Assembly: GCA_951406725.2 (NCBI GenBank)
Contig: OX597820.1
Location: 125,550,001 to 125,614,000, forward strand
Length of the DNA: 64,000 bases
Reading direction: 5' to 3'
Source: Octopus vulgaris
Lineage: Eukaryota
Positions within the stretch are counted from its first letter, which is position 1. Every line of letters begins with the position of its first letter. Below the pieces are notes generated by a model. It made no database searches and had not been told where the DNA came from. It saw nothing but the letters and a program-made list of their open reading frames with translations. This document shows positions 39,470 through 53,649 of the stretch, one piece after another. A program made the translations under genes and the position numbers.

Positions 39470-40440
39470 CTTAGGTAAATATGTTTCGGCTAAAGATTAA
39501 TCCAGGCATTGCCCAACGTTATCGCACACACTCGTGGGAACTGTCAAGTTATTTTTAAGTTACGTTTTCTGCTATCATGGTCCATTTATGAAACAAATCA
39601 ATGTATAGGTGTTCTTGTCTGCCCATTGGCTTAGAGCGTGTACATCTGACTGGAATTTAGTTCGGTCTTCTTCGATATTGATGATTTTCTGGAACTTGGA
39701 TTCATTTGCGAATATTTTTATTTTGCTGTTTGATGACACTTATATACACTATAAAGAGAAGTGCCCCGGAATGGTTCCCCGCGGGACACCATTGGTAAAT
39801 TTTGTTAGACTTTAGGGGATTCCACCTATCGCAAGAAATACTTAATCTAGTGTAACAGCTTATTGCGGAATCCAATATTAGGCAATTTTAATAGTAGTAT
39901 ATTATGGTAGGTGGAGGCACATGGCATAATGGTTAGAGCAGCGGACTCGCGGTCGAGAGATCGCGGGTTCGAATCTCAGACCGGGAGATGAGAGTGTTTA
40001 TGAGCGAAGCACCTAAGCTCCACGCAGCTCCGGCAGAAGGTAATGGCGAACTTCTGCTGACTCTTTCGCCACAACTTTCTCTCACTCTTTCCTCCCGCAT
40101 CATGCAGCTTACCTGTGACGGACCGGCGTCCCGTCCAAGTGGGGAACCTATACGCCAAAAAAACCGGGAAACCGGCCCTATGGACCAGGCGTGGCTCGAG
40201 AAGGAATAAACAACAACATATGGTTGACTTTGTCAAACGTTTAGCTGAAGTCGAGATATATGATTCCGAAACTGATTCCAAAGCTCTGAGGCCATCATCG
40301 ATGTGATGTAAAATTTGTGGTAGGCAGTCCCTGCTGCCGCGAAATCCTTTCTGTTTGGGATTTAGAAAACTGTGGCTCTCCTTTATCTCACGACCCTTTC
40401 AAACTCTTTGATGTTTTGGGCATAATACTTTTGTCTGAAT
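39470..40440 (-). mobile_element. old CR1/L2-group LINE relic interrupted by a SINE
   Basis: Minus strand: YLDFS..FDKVNH | NILLLKL across the SINE, NGVPRGTIPG (SGVPQG), KIFANESKF (YADD position), FQSDVHALSQWADKN. The 3' end resembles 5490-5540. Confidence 0.8.
39911..40218 (+). mobile_element. full-length tRNA(Arg)-like SINE with TSD
   Basis: A-box tggcataatggttagagc, anticodon-like gactcgcggtc, B-box gggttcgaatc, (aac)n tail. TSD tatggt(a/t)g at 39903-39910 and 40219-40226. Confidence 0.88.
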
Positions 40441-41359
40441 CGTATAAACGTTTAAAGTGACACCTGTAATTGAGGACAACATATTTTCTTTTTACGTACA
40501 TTACACACCAATATAGTGTGTGGATTCTTGAAGCATACACACACACACAGAGTGGCAGAGTAAGCTAGACAAAGACGGAAACGGACAGACAGATAGCGGG
40601 ATTGGTAAATGGTGGCGCCAACATTGATAGAGGCTATGATGATGTATGAAAATGTAGCTATGCAATATTCACTCATACACCTGGCAAATACATTAAGAAC
40701 GTTGCCAGTTAGGTTTAAGAGTAGTTTCAGCTGTGAATATTTCGATGTACAGATTGACTTAGTTATTTATCATTGTTTTTTTCCATATCGGTCTCAAAGT
40801 AAAGTTTAAAATTGAAGTATTATAATTTTAATACGTTTCACTGGTAGCGGTCTAGACGTGGTATATCGAAGACATTCAGTAAAAGATCAATCGCCTTATT
40901 ATGCTTTATAATAGAAACATGTTGGTGTCTGTGTTAATATTTTCGTGCTGGACACATCAATAAAATCTTGGTCTGAATTTCACAACTTAGAAGTTTGACA
41001 TATTGCGAGCGGCAAAATACGTACGACACAAACTAATATATATATATATAGTGCTACCTATTTTGTAGATTATTTTACTGCAACAATGTAACATTTGTTC
41101 ACGTGAGTAATATTCATTGCGTTATGATTTACATGATAAAAATCAGCGAGTTATGAAATAGATTGTAAACAATATTAGCGTTCGCTGCTAAGTCGTGCAT
41201 TGTATAGAAAAAAATCAGCTTCTCGAAATTTCTCTTAATATCAATACGGAAAAAAAGTGTGTAGCTTTCGACGTTAATGTATACTGTTCACATTGTTTAT
41301 ATATATTATCCGTATATTGCTTGAAACTAACTTGCCCCTACATTTGGATCCCTTTGGTC

Positions 41360-41677
41360 ATGAATTACCATGGGATTGCACCTAAGAAGTTACCCTCCGA
41401 GGAACAAGTCCGGCAAGGTTGTTAATGGAAGGCCAGCAATCGCACATGCATGCCAGGCTCCCCTCTCCCCACAACTGATGTTATCCAAGGGCGAGGCAAA
41501 GGCCGAAACAGCTTGGCACCAGTGATATCGCAACTCATTTCTACAGTTGAGTTAACTGGAGCAGCGTGAAACAAAGTGTCTTGCTCACGAACACAACACA
41601 TAACCCAGTCCAGGAATCGAACTCACAGCCTCATGATCGTAAGCTCGACGCTCTAACCACTGAGCCATGCGTCTTCA
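41360..41677 (-). mobile_element. full-length tRNA-derived SINE (Meta/V-domain-like)
   Basis: Reverse complement: gcatggctcagtggttagagcgtcgagcttacgatcatgaggctgtgagttcgattcctgg...gagcaagacactttgtttcac. Confidence 0.88.
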
Positions 41678-41744
41678 CACACACACACATATATATGTAT
41701 GTATTTAGATTTATATGTTTATACATATATGTGCGTATGTATAT

Positions 41745-41798
<54 letters not shown>

Positions 41799-42126
41799 GA
41801 GAGAGAGACAGACAGACATACAGACAAACAGAGATAGTGAGATGGGGAGAGGAAGAGACAGACAGACTGAGAGAAAAAGAATTAGAACATGAAAGATTTA
41901 AATTTGTTAGGTAAACTTCGGAACTAATGTAGGATAATACATGGAGGTAGAAAAATACAACAACCGGAAAAAGGCAAAAGGAAACTTGAAAGGAAAATGG
42001 AGTGACAGAAATACATTTCTTTATAAAAAAAGAGAGATCAGTCGACCAATAATATTTATCCCTGTATGGTGTTTATATTTCTGTTGTAGAGTAATACTAA
42101 TGGTCATATATATTACCAAATGGTAT

Positions 42127-42298
42127 AGGCGTAGGAGTGGCTCTGTGGTAAGTAGCTTGCTAACGAACCACATGATTCCGGGTTCAGTCCCACTGCGTTG
42201 CACCTTGGGCAAGTGTCTTCTCCTATAGCCTCGGGCCGACCAGAGCCTTGTGAGTGGATTTGGTAGACGGAAAGTGAAATAAGCCCGTCGTATATATG

Positions 42299-42348
<50 letters not shown>

Positions 42349-42568
42349 TGTGTGTGTTTGTGTCTGTGTTTTTCCCCCTAGCATTGCTTGACAACCGATG
42401 CTGGTGTGTTTATGTCCCCGTTACTTAGCGGTTCGGCAAAAGAGACCGATAGAATAAGTACTTGGCTTACAAAAGAATAAGTCCCGGGGTCGAGTTGCTC
42501 GATTAAAGGCGGTGCTCCAGCATGGCCGCAGTCAAATGACTGAAACAAGTAAAAGAGTAAAAGAGTAA
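42127..42568 (+). mobile_element. full-length SINE with internal (TA)n(TG)n microsatellite
   Basis: ggcgtaggagtggctctgtggtaagtagcttgc...gggttcagtcccactgcg...ttgggcaagtgtct, TA tract, 3' part ending in a (aaagagta)n tail. Confidence 0.9.
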
Positions 42569-44165
42569 ACTAGATATAGAATACTGACAATGTCACTATA
42601 TGAATTACGTTATTCATAGTATTAATTATGTAATTAACGATTTCTATTTTCATTCATTAATTTCGCAATATAACGGTGGAAGAAATTTGCACTTTTTTCC
42701 AATACAGTCTGATCGCCACAAATAACCGAATTAAATGCTTAGTGCCCTTAGTAAGGTTCAGAATAAAAAGTATTCGGCTCATTTACTTTACGTGTCATTT
42801 CAACGTTGTCTCAAAATAACCTGATGGGAAATTTCTCAATGTATAACTGGATTTATTTTTGCTTTCCATTTAAAAACTTTTCCAAGCGATATATTCCCAT
42901 CTCGTCTAATTGATTAACACTATTTTGAACGAGAAGCGTATCTAACAAAAAAAAAAAATGTCATTCACGTAAACACTTTCAGCTTCATCGTCATCGTTAC
43001 AGAATAAAATGCTATAGCGTTTATTTCTCTTGTGTTCCTATCCATCCTTTTGATGCGTTTGCAATTAGTACCTGCCTTTGGGGGCTTGCAACAAAATGGT
43101 ACATTACTGCTCTTCAGCATTGATCTATATTTAACGAAGTGCTATGCTATATAACTACTTGATACAATGCTATAATGAAAATAACTTTGTCAACTTATCA
43201 GGAGCACGAAATGCATTAAACATATCAGAAACATACAATGGAGTACAGAACAAAATTCAATAAGCGAAATCATAAAAGATTACATTCTGGAAACTTATCA
43301 GTTACGTCATTGCAATTATTTGTGGAATAATGAATCCATTATACCTCTGGCTGTTATCTTTCATTTTCTGTATTAATCTTTGGATTTAATTACCGAGTTA
43401 AAAAGATTTAAATCAAAGGTTCATTTTCTAAATTACATTTCTTCATTTACCATTGACTAATTTTGTCAACAACGTATTTCTGAGGAAATCATTTTAAATA
43501 TCCTACATATTTTATATATTTTTCTAAAATTTTATATAAAAACTATGTCTTCATTTTCATGTTACACCGAGATTAATCTAGTTCCATCAATAATCTGTAA
43601 AAGTTCCCATTCAGATTTCCGCATATGAAATTGAAAGCCCCACATAAAAATAGCTAACGAGAAATTTATTTACCTACTGGTATATATTGATCCACATGGT
43701 TCAGTAGAGTTCAGACAATGAATTCCAAATGACGTCCATGATTTCATTTACTTTCGTGTACCTTAAAATAAAATTTTAAAAAATGAAACTCCTATAGATA
43801 ATAATGGTTAGATATAGCAACAAAATATCTCTTTACAAACCAGTGTAAGAGCTTTATTGATCTTTTTATATTAAATTGACTATTTGTGTTCAGAGATAAG
43901 AATGTCCGCTCGGACAAAGGTCGAGGTAAGTTGATAGAGAATTGATTGATTGTATCTACAGATTAGACTACAATAGATAAACTGGAGAGCTTGTTAAGTC
44001 TACTAGAGAGTTTGCCTTGAAGTTGTAGAGTGTATTTTGTAAAAGAATTTTGATTATTTTATGCTGAGCTAATTTCGGCTTACTAGTATATCCTTTGTCG
44101 TCAAATGATTTTAAATCACATTTGCGTACTTAAAGGAACAGAACTTAACATACACATCATCATAC

Positions 44166-44256
<91 letters not shown>

Positions 44257-45197
44257 ATACATATGTATGTATGTATTCTCGTATTATATGGCCATACACA
44301 AACACTCCTATACGTATACAACTGATAGACTGGGTGATTTTTAACTGTATTGATTACAAACTCTTCATGATCACCTTCTCTGATAGACACCATTATAACT
44401 ACTAGACTTTAATATCCAACTCGGAAATCGCTACAGGTAAGCTGTTATAGAGAAATCCTGTCAAATTTTAGAGACCTAATCGATTTACTTCTGAAAACAT
44501 TAGACATTTCTCGGATAATAAGACTGGAATTTAAATACTTTGTCCAGAGGCATTGGTTGGAGATAAAAATTATATTATATGAAAAACATTTCATACTCAG
44601 ATTTTCAGCAATGTATATTTATGTTTTCTTATTTGCTTGGTACCTTGTCAAAAGAGAGCAACGTTTGGACAGATATATTACACCTTCCACGCTGTACTTT
44701 TCTACACAATAATAAAGATCTTAAATCAGGGAAACGATTCCTGTGTTCCAAGCATGGTTATTTTAATGACAGATTACAGGTACCGTTGCAGAAGACTTAA
44801 CTTAGCCCTACAAAGACATTAGATTTTGTGAGTGGTATACAAGTAGTGTATAAATTCGTGGCACGAGAGGAATTAATTCTTCAACAAGTGTCGGATGATT
44901 TTTGAAAGATTATAATCTTTGGTAATTTGCCTTAACAAGAAGTCAATGACTTAGCGGCCATGCGCGTCTTGAAAATCCCTGTCTCCTTAATATCGAATAT
45001 TTATTTAGATTTATAGCCTCATTTAGTAATAATACTCTACTTCTGTAGCTTTTACCAAACAGTTTATTGTCCTGGAAATTAAGTGGCCTATTAAATCTAT
45101 CAAGCAGCCACTATTAGTCACCAGAGCACCTTTTAATTTCTGCATATCTTCGTAGAAAATTTCAGCTGTTACTTGACTGAACATCGCAATATTCAGC

Positions 45198-45239
<42 letters not shown>

Positions 45240-45626
45240 TAAGTTAATCGCAAATTCACACCTACAGGATCACTTTAAAGTCTGAGAAATGAATTGCATT
45301 GGCATTTTACAGAGCAGCTGCGAGTTACATGGACTTAATTATATCTTTATTGTTCCGTATTGCTTCTTGATTTCAAAATAGGTTTTTATAATATGGCTGG
45401 TATTTTCTCCTGCTTAAAAGAAAGCTCTCTAACACATTAATTTTAAGAAATTATAAATGCGTTTTACACAATTGCTTTTGATTCGATTTGATGGTTTCTC
45501 TCCAGTTATGCTAAATTAAAAGTAATGTAGTATATCTTAAACATTAGTAACTAAATTCATTTGTGATGATAGACAAGAAGCCCACATCAAAAAGTAAACA
45601 GTAAAGTTTCAGAAAAACGAGAGGAA

Positions 45627-45844
45627 TGTGTGTGTGTGTGTGTGTGTGTGCGTGTGTGTGTGTGTTTATATGTATGTTGGGGCGCGCGCGCGTGTATATA
45701 TGTGTGCGTGTGTGGGTACAATTTTCAGTATTTATAGTTCTGCTGGCCTTGTGCCTGGCACAAAGCCAGCAGAACTATAAATATTGAAAATTGTACCTAC
45801 ACACGCACACATATATACACGTGCGCGCGCCCCAACATACATAT

Positions 45845-45883
<39 letters not shown>

Positions 45884-45885
45884 TA
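45627..45885. repeat. near-perfect spacerless palindrome (centre 45756)
   Basis: ...tttatagttctgctggccttgtgcc-t-ggcacaaagccagcagaactataaa... The arms are ~130 bp, include mirrored microsatellites and have few mismatches. Confidence 0.92.
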
Positions 45886-45989
45886 CATACATATAACTCT
45901 TCCTGTCCTAAACGAACTTACTTTTCCAGCTCAAATTCAGTCAAGCGGAAAATACACTCCTTAACTACGCGCTAAAAAGCTATTCAAAA

Positions 45990-46340
45990 TATCCACATGA
46001 CGTCTACTGACCAGCCTGAACAATAAGAATTTTAAACAACGCTATTTTCGAAAACTCCATACACCACCCACACTAACATTCATTCTAAACATTCACGTGA
46101 CCTCTCAATTATGACCACATTCACGTGACCTCTTTATTATGACCAATAAGAAATTTTAGGCGCGATACTAGCCAAATTTTAACATCTCTGGAGCCTATTT
46201 TATTACCCCAACACCAACTTCCATTCAAACATTCACGTGACCCCTTTATAATGACCAATCAAAATTGTATTGACCATTGTCCACAAGAAATTTTAGGCGC
46301 GAAACCAAGCAAAACTTAAACAACTCTGGAGCCTCTTTTT
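45990..46340. repeat. degenerate ~140-155-bp tandem repeat with CACGTG/CCAAT motifs (probable DNA-transposon subrepeat)
   Basis: cattcacgtgacc(N8)atgacca occurs 3 times (46090, 46118, 46230); aagaaattttaggcgcga and ctctggagcct occur twice each. Confidence 0.75.
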
Positions 46341-46671
46341 TCACATATAAGAGACAGCAAACCCAACATAAAGTCAGATAAGAGAAAAAAATCAATCAGA
46401 AAGGAACTCTATCTCACTCACAATATATTTTGATAAGCATAACAAATGTGCAACCGGTAAAAAGAACTTTCACCTAATTAAATACACTCTCCCTTACTTA
46501 AATTATTTTGTCAGCATTTTCTTCATTTCCGTTTTTTTTATATATCACAACTCATGTTCCACATCTCCTTTTTTAAATATATATATATGTATATATATAC
46601 ATATATATATATATATGTATATATATGCATACATATATGTATATATATGCATATATATTCATGTATATATA

Positions 46672-46725
<54 letters not shown>

Positions 46726-46848
46726 TATATGTATATATATATATATATGTATATATGTATATATATATATATATTTATGTATGTATATACAGGTATATAT
46801 ATACATATATCAATACACACACACATATATATATATTATGTATATATG

Positions 46849-47176
46849 TATGGTTAAGGCAGTGGACCCATCGTCATTGGATCGCGGTTTCGATTCCCAG
46901 ATCGGTCGTTTTGAATGTGCATTCTGCAAATACACCCAAAGTTCCACGAGCCTCCAGCAGGGGCTAGCGGCGAACCTTGCCGTACAACTTTCTGTCATTC
47001 TTTCTTCCTGTTTCTCTTCCACCTGTGTTTCAAAGGGCCAGCCTTGTCACACCCTGTGTCACGCTAAATTCCCCGTGTCTGTGGAATGCTCAACCACTTG
47101 CCCATTAGTTTCACGAGCAGGTTGTTCTGTAGATTGGATCAACTGGAAACCTCGTCGTCGCAACCGACAGTGCCCC
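46849..47176 (+). mobile_element. tRNA-derived SINE related to the 39911 head
   Basis: tggttaaggcagtggac...gatcgcggtttcgattcccaga...tccacgagcctccagcagggg...ggcgaac parallels 39930-40060; the 3' half differs. Confidence 0.75.
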
Positions 47177-47193
47177 GCATGTATGTATGTATG

Positions 47194-47257
<64 letters not shown>

Positions 47258-50200
47258 GAGACAGACAGACAGACAGACAGAGACAGAAGGACAGAGAGAC
47301 ACATACACGAATGAATGAGTACATATTTCTTGAATATCTTAGATGATGATCTAAAAATCTATATTTCTTTCGTTGCTCGTTTTTGTTCTGAAGCTTGTAT
47401 AGCTGTTTAAAAATACTCAAAATGAAAACGTTTGAATGTGTCCGCTAAAAGATGTCATTCTGGTGCTGTAACATACGTATAGAGAATTATCATAATTCTG
47501 TATGAAATACTCCAATTATTGACCGATGTTTAATTGTTGTTTTATGTACAAAACCAGAATTCCCCTGGACAGAGGAAGAAAGAGCATCCGGACCAGTTAA
47601 TTTATTTTATAAAACATAAAGAGGAGCTGAACTCCGCCTGCCTGTCCGTCGCAACATGAACTAGAGTGAGAGAAAGAAGCGAAGAAATAAAAATATATGT
47701 CATAGCTTGTATTTAGAAGAAAGGGAACGGGAAAAGTTATTGAAGAGAAGTTGATCGCTGTCTACATGTCCGTCACAATATCTATTCGTAGAGAAAGGAG
47801 CGACAGCATCAAAATAGACGTCATAAGATGTATTTAAAAGATGGAACGTAGAAGCATTTTTGTTGAGAGAAATAATGTGTGAGAACGATGGAGTGTGTGG
47901 AAAAGATAAACGATATCTTTTAAACTCTTTTCCGAGGCACTACTTCAGTAGCCGGTAGTACCAAGGGTTTATATGAACTGGCCGGACTATTTGGCATATG
48001 TGATGCATTTTTATCAGTTAGAGCAATTTATAAAAATTACCGCTGTGTTAGAAGGTTTCATGAACCACCATATCTTCGCTTTAACGGATATGAATTTAAT
48101 GCTGCTGATCCCAATATTTATTTTCCCGAATGTATTGGGTATAAATATACTGTTAATGTGTTTTATAGTGAAATAGTTGATTAAAAGTGATAGAAGTTTA
48201 GTATATTGTATTATGTAAATATACTCCATATACCTTAAAGCCGATTGTACTGGTCTGTAAAATAACTATCATATTTTCTACTTTTTGCAGCCTAGAATCA
48301 GAATAGCAACATATTCTATATCACATCACTCCAGATCTCTCTCTCCTTCTCTTTATCTATCTCTCTCTCTCCGTCTCTTTCTCGTACACGCCTTTACGTG
48401 AGTGAACATATTTATGTTTTTATGAATACACGTTTACGTGCATTCACACATAAACACGCACGCACGTACACACACACACAGTTATATATATTTCCATGTA
48501 TACATATTCATTCATACCTACATATAAATGTATACATGCATAAATTCATCTCTGTACATATATACCTAAACATAGGTGTGACACCCAAATATAGAAACGG
48601 AAGAATTTGACTCGAGAAGCAAATAACGCTCGGGCGTTGTAAGCTGCGGTTTATTTCTTCTTAAATTTAAACTATGATGTCAGAAAATCAATTTATTTGT
48701 AGCAATTATTCCGGTATGTATTATTAAATTACTAATCGTACTATTTCATAATTAATAGATAATCAAATTTTTGCTGTCATAATATCGGTAATATTCCAAT
48801 AGATTTGTCCTGAAAAATGTTTCCATATCTCTTTTAATTAGATTATTCCGCGCACAAATTTCACACACCATGTATAATTAACGACGGCTAATCGCTCGTT
48901 ATTAAATGAGTTTTGTATATGAAATCCATCGAGATAGCTTTTATGGTATCTTACTTATCTCATAGATTCATTATAAATTTCTTGTCCTTCATATCCATAT
49001 TATTCCTCATTCGAATAAGACAAATTGTTTTAACTAAAACTAAATTTAAATACCAAAAATAAACTTATATAAATAATTTCGGAAAAATATCAGATTAAAA
49101 AATCTAATCATATTAATTCTTACAGATATAAACACAAGACAATACATTTCGCTGGCAAGTAGTTATTCAATTCCAATCCGGTGCTTCATCTGTACTGTCG
49201 TTAATGATTCCAGAACGACGAACGGCAGAGTTGAAGACGGTTCAATCTGAACTTCGAACATACACAGATGTAAACAATATTACAAAGGTTTTTCTTGATG
49301 CTCTTACGATTCTGCCAGCAGGCAGACCAAATAATGATGATGATGATGATAATGATTACAACAACGATGATGATGATGATGATGATGATGAATTTTTAGG
49401 GTAGTGTTTGTAGAAAGCCGGATAAAATCGTTATTTACGTTTATGTTCTCCCTTCATATACCGCCAAAGGAGATTCTGTTGTTGCAATTTCCCAGAACAA
49501 GAAAGATAAAACTATTACTTGAAGATTAGGGTCAGTAGAACGGACTTGACTTTTTTAGAATGATATCAGAGAAGGGAAATAGTTCAAATGTGCCAAAGCC
49601 ATCGATTTGAAAAAAATTTAATATTGATGTACAGAATGCTGTAAACAATGAATTCTGGATTCATTGTAATTTAGTTGGGAAAATAGAAGTAAATACTTGA
49701 GGCATTTGTGAGTGATTCTATATTTAAATAGAGAGAATATGAAAAAAGTTCGAACTTCATATTACAGAACATTTTTCAGCCTTAGAGAAACTAAGTTCTG
49801 AAATTTGTAGGAAATATATAACTATGGAAACCCTTGGATAAGTGAGACATCATCAGAACAGTGGAGTATATTAAACTTTATTTCACGTCAAAATTCTTTA
49901 AATGTTGAATGGTGTTAAGCCAAAAGTGTTGTCACTATAAATTGCATAGTAATATAACAAAGATGTCCTTTGTAAAAATGTATGCGATTTAGGTTTTTGA
50001 ATGTAGCCACCGTTACTATTTTGGGAAGGAAGTAGAATAACAATTTAGATTGCAATAGAGGAAATTTTTGTCTTCGATTACAAACGTATATATCCACGGT
50101 ACAAATACTGCTGGGGTTGATTTTCCGTTCCATCCTCCTGAACGTGATAAAAGAAATACTTATCATGAACCAAGACCAATTATAATTTCTTTTCCACTAA

Positions 50201-50331
50201 ATTTAATCAATTTCACTTAGGTTCAGTTTCTTTTCATATATTTCAAATGTGGTAGCTTTTCCTCACTTATAACTCGCATTCTGTAGCACACATATTTAGA
50301 TTACTTTTGAGATGTTTCTCCACCTTACCTA

Positions 50332-51412
50332 TACCGGACGTAACAGAAGTAAATAAACACCCTTACAATCACTAAAATTTATTTAAATCTGAAATTATGC
50401 ATTCAAATTATATATTAATTGTTACCGTCTGAACATTTAATATTTAGCAGGCATGCCATTTGCAAGGATCCAATTAGGCATGCCACTGATCAGATGAATT
50501 TCTTGCCAAGTTTCATGTAGAATTTTCAAATGATCTGGCTTTGAATATGCTTTCCTGTTCTTTTTAGGAAGTGTCCTGCCCATTATGTTACAGGTGTTCA
50601 ATAGAGTTCATATCTCGTGATAGGCTTGGATATAGAAGCTCTTTAAATACCATTCTCATCCAAAGAATCTTGGGTCGTTTTAGCCTTGTGACCAAGATCT
50701 ATATTTTCCATGAATAAAGAGTCTTCTTTAGTCATTTAACCACTAGAGAAGATTGGAAGGAATCCTTTCAGGTGTACTGACACATATTTATCTGAGTTTA
50801 TGTTTCCCTCCCACTCAAACAGCTTTGGTCAACCATGGCTCCAAATTGCTCCCCAGACCATCACAGAATAGCTGCCGTATTTCATTGTTAGCTGCAAACT
50901 TTTCACATCAAATTTGTGATCACAGTCTCCAGACCCACACTCAACCACTGTCAGGAAATACAGCAAATCTGGACTCATCAGAGAATATGACAGTGTCTCA
51001 AATTACTAGCGGCCTATCCAATATCTCACTAGCCCTACCTTTTCTCTGCTTGATGTTGGCTGGTCAAAAAGTGACTTCCTTCTTGCTGCTCTGCCATAGT
51101 AACCAATTTTGTGGAGATACCTGACAGTTGTGGTGGGACTGACATTAACTTGTTCTGCTATGTCAAAGGCCTTGCAACGAGGATTATCCTCCACACTTCT
51201 TTTAATAAAGAGAAGAGTCCTGTCAGAGTGCCCTGGTCGATCTGGGCGAGTTGATGGACTTCTTCCCCTCTCTGACTTCTTCCCCATTCTATTAACTGAA
51301 GAAAGCTCCAGAATGATCAGAATAATAATAAAAAAAATGTGAACCTTTAGAAGTTAGAATAAACATAAAACGATGTTTTATGTGTTGTCTATTTATTTCT
51401 GCCATGTCTGTG
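50332..51412 (-). mobile_element. Tc1-like (DD34E) transposon with TIRs, decayed transposase
   Basis: TIRs ta-taccggacgtaacagaagtaaataaacac / gttgtctatttatttctgccatgtctgtg-ta. Minus-strand RSVEDNPRCKAFDIAEQVNVSPTTTVRYLHKIGYYGRAARRK (HTH) and VIFSDESRF (first catalytic Asp). Confidence 0.88.
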
Positions 51413-52654
51413 TAGATCTTGCTCATCATTGAAACTGTTAGTTGATTTTCTGTAAGCTAGAATTTTTCTTCTGATTATACTATTATTGTTTTCCTAATTA
51501 TATAATTATTATAAATATTTTTGAATAATTAAAATTATTAAAATTTTCGAGTTTCAATCTCGTTGTTTTCAATTAAACCCAAGAATTATTAAATTTATGT
51601 ATTTTAAGTAATAAAAATGGAGACACACTTTCAAAGTAACAATGCATGGAACCATGGCTCAACTCACTTCTTCAAATGAATCTGTCGTTTACGCGAAGGA
51701 ATTAATCATTCATTGATAGACCCACCATCTGACCCTTGGTTTATTGAAGCAAAATCCATTTAATTGTAAGCATGTCACGTTCAGCAGTCTGCGTACAACA
51801 TGATAACAGTATACGCAATTTCTTTTTTTTTTTCTTTTTAACAATCTGAGTTGTGTTTTCTTCCTCCTTTTTTCTTCCTTCTTTGGAATCCTCGCAAAAT
51901 TTAATGAACGCCTCCTCATCTGCCCATCCATAACATACCGTTCAACAGAGAAATGATGATAAACACTAAATTAAATTACTATCGGGAGACTGCATTTAAA
52001 TGAGGAAAACGTAATTTGAATACTATATAAGAAAATGGAGTTTGGACAATCAGCATCTCAGGAGGAAGAAATAAGCTGTTATCTAATGGCTCGCCAGCTC
52101 TCGGAAATAAACAGACAAATCATAAATGGATATGTCAAGAAAATGTTTTGACACAAATGAATAACTGACAGTGACATTTCATCTAAAAGTTAAGACTACG
52201 ACTAAATTCACGTCTGGTGTATCTGGGGAAAATAACAGAGCTCTAAAACTCAATATGGATCCCAACAGAGCTGCTAATTTAAGAGGTTATATTCCTCAAA
52301 TACATGAAGACATCAGATATAAAAATAGCACAATTTAAAGGAAACAAAAAATAAATTTAAACAATGCAAGACATACAATATATAAACTACGAAAATAAAA
52401 GCATTGAATACGCGTATTGATATTAAGAATGTAAAGCATGGCAATGGAACTAGCAAGTGCAAAACTATTAAAAAACATAACAAATCTGTTCCAAAATTTA
52501 TATCCTAGCGTACTAAAAAATTACTGAGAGGGAAGAGCTGAACTAGAACTGCGTAGACTCCTGTATATATAGGAAGAGAAAGGTGTTTTGAAAAGTAAAA
52601 ATAAGTATGAAAGATTAAGTAATACAGAAATAAAGTTAAAATAATTACAGTCCC

Positions 52655-53030
52655 ATTGCATGCACCTTGGGGGAGAGTCTTCTACTTATAGACTAGGACT
52701 GAAAAAAGCGTCGTAGTTAATTTGTAGACGGAAACTGCAAGAATCCCATCGTATATATGTGTGTATGTGTGTGTGTGTTTGTGTGATTGTGTGTGTATAA
52801 TTATGTGTTTGTGTCTCTGTATGTGTGTTTTTCCCCCACCCCAACACTGCTTGACAACTGATGTTGTGCTCATGTCCCCTTAGATTAAAGATTTGGCAAG
52901 AGGAACCTATAGAATAAGTACAAGGTTTTAAAAATAAGTCCTGGGTTTAATTTTGTTTTTGCCTGAAACCCTTCAAGGCGTTGATCCAGCATGGCCGTTG
53001 TCAAATGACTGAAATAAGTAAAAGAATACA
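52655..53030 (+). mobile_element. SINE with internal microsatellite, diverged and 5'-degraded
   Basis: ttgtagacggaaactgcaagaatcccatcgtatata, TG tract, gcttgacaactgatg, agaataagtac, ccagcatggccg..gtcaaatgactgaaa. Confidence 0.8.
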
Positions 53031-53069
53031 AAAGAGGTACTCAATAATTTAGTAGATGTTTTATTATAC

Positions 53070-53625
<556 letters not shown>

Positions 53626-53649
53626 ATTAATTAGTAGTTTTATTTTCAT

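Noticed and set aside
51710-51931. Basic 73-aa minus-strand ORF
   Set aside because: Driven by T/C-rich low-complexity sequence; no recognisable domain or splice support.
52020-52480. Possible second RLE-type LINE relic on the + strand
   Set aside because: Only vague similarity (INGYVKK); too decayed to support by eye.
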